Shown one piece after another: positions 58,780 to 64,000 of a stretch of DNA of 64,000 nt. The translations under genes were made by a program, and so were the position numbers. How positions within the stretch are numbered: the stretch's first letter is position 1; each line of letters begins with the position of its first letter. The stretch lies in the NCBI GenBank assembly GCA_000092065.1, contig CP000600.1. One strand, written 5' to 3'. Below the pieces are notes generated by a model that searched no databases, was not told the origin of the DNA, and saw nothing but the letters and a program-made list of their open reading frames with translations. The DNA comes from Ostreococcus lucimarinus. Its lineage: Eukaryota.

Positions 58780-60648
58780 CTAATCTTCGTCCATGGCGTC
58801 GACGTCGCGCGCGGCGTCGTCGGCGTCGGAGTCGTCGTCGTCCTTGATCTCCACCTTGGGCTGCGAACCGCCGGCGCGGTAGGCTTCCATCTCGCGCTCG
58901 TATCGAATCTTGTCCTCGTCGGCTTGTTGCTGGTACACGCTCTTTTCTTCGTCGGTGATCGTCTTCCACTTTTCGCCGAGCGCCTTGGCGACGTCGGTGA
59001 CGCCGAACGAAGGGTTAGCGGCGGTGATTTCGGCGCGCTTGGCGGCGGAGAAGAACATGTACGCGGACAAGCCTCGTTTCGGAGCGTTCGGATCCTTCTT
59101 CGCGCGTTTGGCTTTGGGCGACTTCTTCGACTTCTTCGCGCCCTCGTCGCTTTCGCTGTCGGAATCGCTGTCGGTGGGCTCGCCGCCGTCGGACTCGCTT
59201 CCCGCGGCGAAGTCTTCGTCCTCTTCGCTGTCGTCGTCGCCGCGTCGCGCGTAGCCTTCGTCGTCGTCGTCCGAAGCTTCGGCGATGAGCTGGTCCGCGC
59301 GCGCGTTGGCGTCGACGTTGGAGATTCTCACTTGTTTGGCGGTCAAGAAGTTAACCAAGTTCTGGAACTCCGACCGTTGAATGCCGTGGAAATCGTACGA
59401 TGAGCCATTCTTCATATTCACAGAGACGTCAAACGTCCTGCCGCTCGTCGCGCCCTGCGCGCTGTGACGCTCAAACTCAACCTCATCGACTTCGCTGTAG
59501 TGCAACAACAGCGGAGGTTTGGGCAAGTAGAAGAACGCTTTTTCAAGCGGGTACAGTAGGCCGACGTCAGCCTTGTGCGACACGCGGATGGCGTGTCCGC
59601 CCGCCGAGGCGGTGAATAAGCTTTGTCTCGTCAACTTGACGCCAGCCATGTTTTTCAATACGCGCACGAAGACTTCTCCCGAGGAGCCGTCGTAAGTCGA
59701 CTCGAGGGTGGGGAACTTGTCTTTCATGTCTGCAGCCAAGTTTGGTTCCACCGTGAGATGATCGTCGTCGTTGAACATGGCGAGAATGTGCGGGTAAAAC
59801 GTTTGTCCCTTGCGAATCGGTGGGTCGAGCGCGATGACCGCGTGCGACTGGTTCGAGTGCGGCTTCGGAAGCAAGTACACGCGAACGATGGAGCTGTACT
59901 GAACCTTGAAGTCCAGCGTCGAGGATTGCATGCGCATGTGCGTGTTGTGCAACTCGATCGAAACCTTGCCTCTCGGGACGACCATGGAGACGCCGTCGAA
60001 TTCCGCCACGGGTTCGCCCGCCTCGGCGTCGGCGGCGGCGATCGACATGATCGCCGCGTGCAAACGCTTCGCCGCGGTGTCATCGGGATCTTCCATATCG
60101 TCTCCTTTCCAAGTCTCGCTGCCCGGCGGAACGTAAAACGACATCTCCACCAAAGAATCCTTCTCCGCCGCCGTGTCGTCGTGGTGAAATTGCAAGACGA
60201 CGTCGCTCTTCCCGACGACCGTCGCCTCGGAGATGTACTGCCCATCGATCTCAAACGCCGTCTTCCCACCGACCTCAAACACCGTCCCGCTCCCCTCGAT
60301 CGCGACGTCGCCCCAGTTCCGTCCGTTCACGTTCATCTTCGTCTCGCCGCTCGCGCACCCCAGCTCGCGCGCCGCGTACTCCGCCGCGTTCTTCGCGTCC
60401 TCCGTCCCCATCCCTCCCAGCACGAGCGTCCGTCCGTCCGTCGATCGCACTCGCAGCACCCCACCCGTCGGCGCGTCGCTCCATCGCACCTCGCGCACCT
60501 TCCCCGCCTCGATCTCCGTCTTCTTCTGCTCGCCCGCGCCCGTCGCCGCTCGAAACCGCGCGCCGATCGCCTTGCTCAGCGTCAACTCTCCCTGCGTCCC
60601 GCTCCCGCGTCCGAGCGCGCGCGCCGCGACGGTAAACTCCGCGCTCAT
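58780..60648 (-). CDS. SSRP1: FACT complex subunit SSRP1 (Pob3-like N- and middle domains plus a C-terminal HMG box)
   Basis: The N-terminal GRNWGDVAIEGSGTVFEVGGKTAFEIDGQYISEATVVGKSDVVLQFHHDD aligns with human SSRP1 GWNWGTVKFGG..VTLEFHQND. The middle region has YSSIVRVYLLPKPHSNQSHAVIALDPPIRKGQTFYPHILAMF. The HMG box is PKRGLSAYMFFSAAKRAEITAANPSFGVTDVAKALGEKWKTITDEEKSVYQQQADEDKIRYEREMEAY. The ATG is at 60646-60648, and the upstream 1,140 nt of the ORF-track ORF is not coding. Confidence 0.8.
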   Translation of the reverse strand: MSAEFTVAARALGRGSGTQGELTLSKAIGARFRAATGAGEQKKTEIEAGKVREVRWSDAPTGGVLRVRSTDGRTLVLGGMGTEDAKNAAEYAARELGCASGETKMNVNGRNWGDVAIEGSGTVFEVGGKTAFEIDGQYISEATVVGKSDVVLQFHHDDTAAEKDSLVEMSFYVPPGSETWKGDDMEDPDDTAAKRLHAAIMSIAAADAEAGEPVAEFDGVSMVVPRGKVSIELHNTHMRMQSSTLDFKVQYSSIVRVYLLPKPHSNQSHAVIALDPPIRKGQTFYPHILAMFNDDDHLTVEPNLAADMKDKFPTLESTYDGSSGEVFVRVLKNMAGVKLTRQSLFTASAGGHAIRVSHKADVGLLYPLEKAFFYLPKPPLLLHYSEVDEVEFERHSAQGATSGRTFDVSVNMKNGSSYDFHGIQRSEFQNLVNFLTAKQVRISNVDANARADQLIAEASDDDDEGYARRGDDDSEEDEDFAAGSESDGGEPTDSDSDSESDEGAKKSKKSPKAKRAKKDPNAPKRGLSAYMFFSAAKRAEITAANPSFGVTDVAKALGEKWKTITDEEKSVYQQQADEDKIRYEREMEAYRAGGSQPKVEIKDDDDSDADDAARDVDAMDED

Positions 60649-62007
60649 CTCGCCGAGCCGTTCGGCGTCTCGATCGCGCGTCTCAATCGCGCCGCGCGTC
60701 GCCTCGAAGCTCTTTCGCGATGCTTTTTGAAATCCAAAAGATCTCGCGTTCGCGTCGCGTCGTCCGCCGTTCGCGCGTCGTTCGCGCGTTCGCGCGTTCG
60801 CGCGTTCGAGACCGCGACCGAGGCGCTTCGGCGCGCGGTCGCTCGCCTCGTCGCGCGCGCGGTCGCGGCGTCGGCGTCCGCGGCGTCGCGCGCCGCGCGT
60901 CGCGCACAGGGAGGCGAGCGAAACACGGACCAGTCTCACGGATACGAAACGACACAACACGGACCGGTGACCCGAAACGACGCCGACGGTCGCGCGCGCC
61001 GTCGACGCCGACGCGCGCGACGACGATGGCGCGCGCGCCGGCGACCGACGGCGGCGACGCGGCGTCGGCGTTTCGCGCGCGCGATGACGGCGCGAGACGC
61101 GCGTATAACGTCGAGATCCCGGCGGCGTGGCAGCGCGAGAGCGTGGACGAGTCGCTGCTGCGAGGGCACAGAAGCGCGTGTACAACGGCAACGCGCACTG
61201 ATCGTCGTACGCGTACACGCCTCGCGATCGCCCCGAGCGCCGAGGAGGGCGCCGCGACCGTCGCCCTCCTCGAGCGAGGTTTCGCGAACGCGCTTGCTCG
61301 CGACGAGCTCCGGCGCCGCGCAAAGCTTCGCGAGACGACTCGCAGCCGCGCGCGCACATATCGCTCGGTCGCCCGCGTCTTGACCGGGCGCGAGCGCGAT
61401 TTGCGCGAGCCGCGCGAAATTTCGGTCCCCCGCGACGCGCGCGTTCTCCGCCACGCGTCGTTGGCGTCGCAGAAACTTTTTCGCGTGCGTCTTCTTCGTC
61501 ATGCCTCCATGTGACGTTTCGTCTCGGCGTCTCGACCTCGTGACGCGCGCCTCGGACGCGCGCGAGGGCACCTCGGCACTCTGCGACGCGCGCGCGACTC
61601 GGCGCGGTCGTCGCGGACGCGTCGCGAGAGAAGAAAAAAAGTCGAGCGTCGAACCGCGCGTCGTTCGAGCGCCGCGCCGCGGCGCGCGCGACGCGCGGAC
61701 GCGCGAGATGGGGCGCGTTGAAGCGGCGTTTCTCGGCGCCGGATCCCGCCTCGGGCGGCGCCTCGGGCGTCGCGCGCGCGACTAGCAAGACACGAAAACG
61801 AAGGAAAGAAAGCGGGTACGAATTCTTTTGAATCGATGTGCGCGGCGATGGACGCGCGCGCGCGCGTTCGCGCGCCGACTCGCGCGATCGTCATCTCCGA
61901 GACGGGCCGCGCAGACTGACCCTCGCGCAGAGGCCGACGCCAGAAGACACGCGAAACAAGGCGGCGATAGCGTACAAACTATCGCTCGCCTGCGGCAGGT
62001 TAACCCA

Positions 62008-62034
62008 GGGTTGACCCAGGGTTGACCCAGCCGC
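62008..62034. repeat. 11-mer tandem repeat GGTTAACCCAG/GGTTGACCCAG x3 in the long SSRP1-Cpn20 spacer, about 350 nt upstream of the Cpn20 ATG
   Basis: caggttaacccagggttgacccagggttgacccagccgcag. Confidence 0.75.
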
Positions 62035-62380
62035 AGCATTACACCCTCGCGACGCGAGGACGCGAAGGAGGGACAGCTCGCTCGCGCGATCTCGTAGCCC
62101 TCGAAAGTAGCGATTGTAATGCGCCGGAAGACTTCCATCGAGTCGCTTCGCCGAGAGAGCGCCGACGACGTCGAGCGCGGCGCCGCCGTCGCAGACGCCG
62201 CCGCCTCCCCGCGCTAGCCTACCCTCCCAATATTAGTATACTTCACCCACCGTCGTTTTCTTCCCCATCGCGCGTCGCGCGACGACGTCCACGACGTCTC
62301 CAAATTCCGCGCGCGCCGCGGAGGCGTCCTTCCAGAAGCCGACGCCGCGCGCGCGTCCTCATTACTCGCCGCACATCCGA

Positions 62381-63280
62381 ATGTTCGCCGTCTCCGCGCA
62401 CTCGCGCGCGCGCATCGCGCCCGCGGTCATTCCGCGCGCGCGCGCGCGCGTCGTCACGCGCGCCGGCGCCGCGTTCGAGGTGCCGTCGGCGTACAAGACG
62501 GTGACGCCGTGCGGCGCGGGCGTCTTAATCAAGGTGGCGGCCGCGGAAACGGTGACCAAGGGCGGGATCGTGCTCACGGAGAGCGCGCAGCGCAAGCCCA
62601 CGAGCGGTGCGTCGACGCGTTCGACCGACGCGCGCGCGCTCGAGGACGGGCGACGCGACCGCGCGACGCGCGCGGGGGATAAAGGACGACACCCTAACCT
62701 TGAGGGTTTGACGGCGGGACGCGCGGCGAGACGCGCGAGACGCGAATGGATCGACGCGCGAACGCGAGCGACGCGCGAAGACTGACGACGATGACGAATG
62801 AATCGCGCAGGCGACGTCACGGCGATCGGACCGGACGTGAAACACGTCAAGACCGGTTCCACGGTGTTGTACAGCAGATTCGGCATCGGGTGCACCGACG
62901 TGGTCGTCGCCGGCGAGGAGTACACGATGATTCGAGAACAAGATCTCATCGGTACGCTCCCGAGCAGCGGCGCGCGCGCGAACGATATCCCAAAGCTTCA
63001 ACCTTGCGGCGATCGCGTCCTGTTGTCGGTGGAGAAGGCGGCCGCGGAAACCAAGGGGGGCATCTTACTCACGGAGGGGTCCAAGGAGAAGCCCATCGTC
63101 GGCACCGTCGTCGCCGTCGGGCCGGGCAAGGCGGGCGAAAAAGACGAAGAAGTCAAGCCGATGACCCTGAAGGCGGGCGACAAGGTGATTTACTTCAAGT
63201 ACGCCGGTGACCAAATGACCGACGAGGAAGGCAACGGCTTCGTCGTCTTGCACGAGAGCGACTGCTTGGCCAAGCTTTAA
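62381..63280 (+). CDS. CPN20: Chloroplast 20 kDa chaperonin Cpn20 (tandem GroES domains), 2 exons: 62381..62606 and 62811..63280
   Basis: Exon 1 is the transit peptide plus VTPCGAGVLIKVAAAETVTKGGIVLTESAQRKPTS(G). A phase-1 donor g|GTGCGTCG and a 204-nt intron with GAAGACTGACGACG and CGCGCAG follow. Exon 2 is (G)DVTAIGPDVKHVKTGSTVLYSRFGIG.. and a second GroES domain LQPCGDRVLLSVEKAAAETKGGILLTEGSKEKPIVGTVVAVGPGK.. Confidence 0.8.
62607..62810 (+). other. Cpn20 intron (204 nt) containing CCCTAACCTTGAGGGTTTGACGG
   Basis: GTGCGT donor, ACTGACG 24 nt before the CAG, phase-1 split Gly codon. It carries a telomere-unit-like CCCTAA / GGGTTT pair. Confidence 0.7.
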
Positions 63281-63745
63281 GCCGCGCGCGCGTCGCGTCG
63301 CTCGTTTAGAACGTCGACGTTGTGAGTACCAGCGCCGGATCGAACGTCGAACCGACACATCGCAGAGCCTTCGCCGCGCGCGTCGCGTCGCGTCCTCCCC
63401 TCGCGTCCTCGCCCTCGCCGACAAAAAAGAACGCAACGCGTAAACAGAAACCACGATACTCGCTCCGCGCGAACCCGCGCGTCGGCGCCTTCGCCGCGCG
63501 ATCGGCGCGATCGCTTACGGGCCGATCCATCGACCGACCGCGCGCGCGCGTACGCGCAAACAGTCTCGCGATCGAACCACCACCCAATAAACCACCCATC
63601 GCATTGAAATCACGCATTCAAAGACCCCGAACCGGTATCGATCTCCACCCCGCGCCGCCCGACGCGACGCCCGTCGCGCGCGCGGTCGATCGCGCGATCG
63701 CGCGCTTCGTCGCGCCGCGACACTCCCGCACGCGCGCACAGGACC

Positions 63746-64000
63746 ATGCAAGTCAACGCCCTGCTCAAGAAAGCCGCCCCCGCGCCCGCCAAGACCGCCA
63801 AGGCGCCGGCGAAGACGCAGATCAAGAAGGCGCCGGCGAAGAAGGCGTCGCCGTCGCTGCCGTCGCTGCCGAATCCGTTCGGCGGCGCCGCGCCCAAGGC
63901 GAGCGCGAAGACGGTCAAGAAGGCCGCGCCGGCGAAGAAGGCGGTCGCGAAGAAGGCGCCGGTCAAGAAGGCGCCGGTCAAGAAGAAGGCGCCGGTCGCG
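63746..64000 (+). CDS. 5' part of a Lys/Ala/Pro-rich protein (histone-H1-like or ribosomal-protein N-terminal-like). It continues past the window end.
   Basis: ATG at 63746, MQVNALLKKAAPAPAKTAKAPAKTQIKKAPAKKASP..KKAAPAKKAVAKKAPVKKAPVKKKAPVA, no stop before the edge. It is absent from the ORF track because it is edge-truncated. Confidence 0.35.
   Translation, partial: MQVNALLKKAAPAPAKTAKAPAKTQIKKAPAKKASPSLPSLPNPFGGAAPKASAKTVKKAAPAKKAVAKKAPVKKAPVKKKAPVA

Noticed and set aside
57021-61383. + ORFs 57021-58847 and 59623-61383 (about 600 aa each)
   Set aside because: They are antisense to the 57012-58628 gene and to SSRP1. They are poly-Arg/Val/Leu.
60720-61514. 264-aa + ORF in the long SSRP1-Cpn20 spacer
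   Set aside because: Codon third positions are not GC-saturated, unlike every supported gene here (many AGA, ACA, CGT, GAT, ACT codons). No homolog or motif. It is kept only as part of the 'long spacer' finding.

Overview
The window reads as a very GC-rich (roughly 68-70% by eye), extremely compact eukaryotic nuclear segment, most consistent with a green picoalga (prasinophyte-like). Housekeeping genes such as Pol I RPA1, SLU7, CSN3, PSMD13, MCM4, SSRP1, CBP20 and DSCC1 sit beside many nuclear genes for plastid proteins (ClpC, uL11c, Cpn20, cpFBPase, PsbP-like, lumenal FKBP, bacterial-type adenylosuccinate lyase). I can support about 41 protein-coding genes, roughly one per 1.6 kb. Intergenic spacers are 30-400 bp, and several divergent gene pairs have ATGs less than 150 bp apart. 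Nearly all long ORFs in the track that lie antisense to these genes are GC-bias artefacts. The ORF track also begins many ORFs at GTG/TTG, so I re-anchored starts on in-frame ATGs and on homology. Introns are rare and small (65-324 nt). All ten I found share a strict architecture: GTGCG[C/T/G] or GTGAGT donor, a conserved ACTGACG branch-point box 20-45 nt before a CAG acceptor. I used this to repair gene models for PEX10, an NAD-binding protein, SLU7, ClpC (2 introns), uL11c, bL33, MMAB and Cpn20. The most striking feature is a single-exon ORF of about 1,350 aa that fuses a complete bacterial UvrB helicase to a UvrC endonuclease (GIY-YIG plus RNase-H-like domain) behind an Arg/Ala/Thr-rich presequence. 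This suggests a bacterial-type excision-repair module in a eukaryote, probably organelle-targeted. Other notable points: an ALS-family TPP enzyme with an embedded carrier-protein-like (phosphopantetheine-binding) insertion; an N-myristoylated CAMK-like pseudokinase; telomere-type (CCCTAAA)3 and GGGTTT telo-box-like motifs in a promoter and in the 5'-proximal introns of three plastid-protein genes; related G-rich introns in ClpC and uL11c; and a 1.7 kb gene-free interval carrying an 11-mer tandem repeat. No rRNA, tRNA, CRISPR array or recognisable transposon was found. All coordinates derived by hand are approximate to +/-2 nt.
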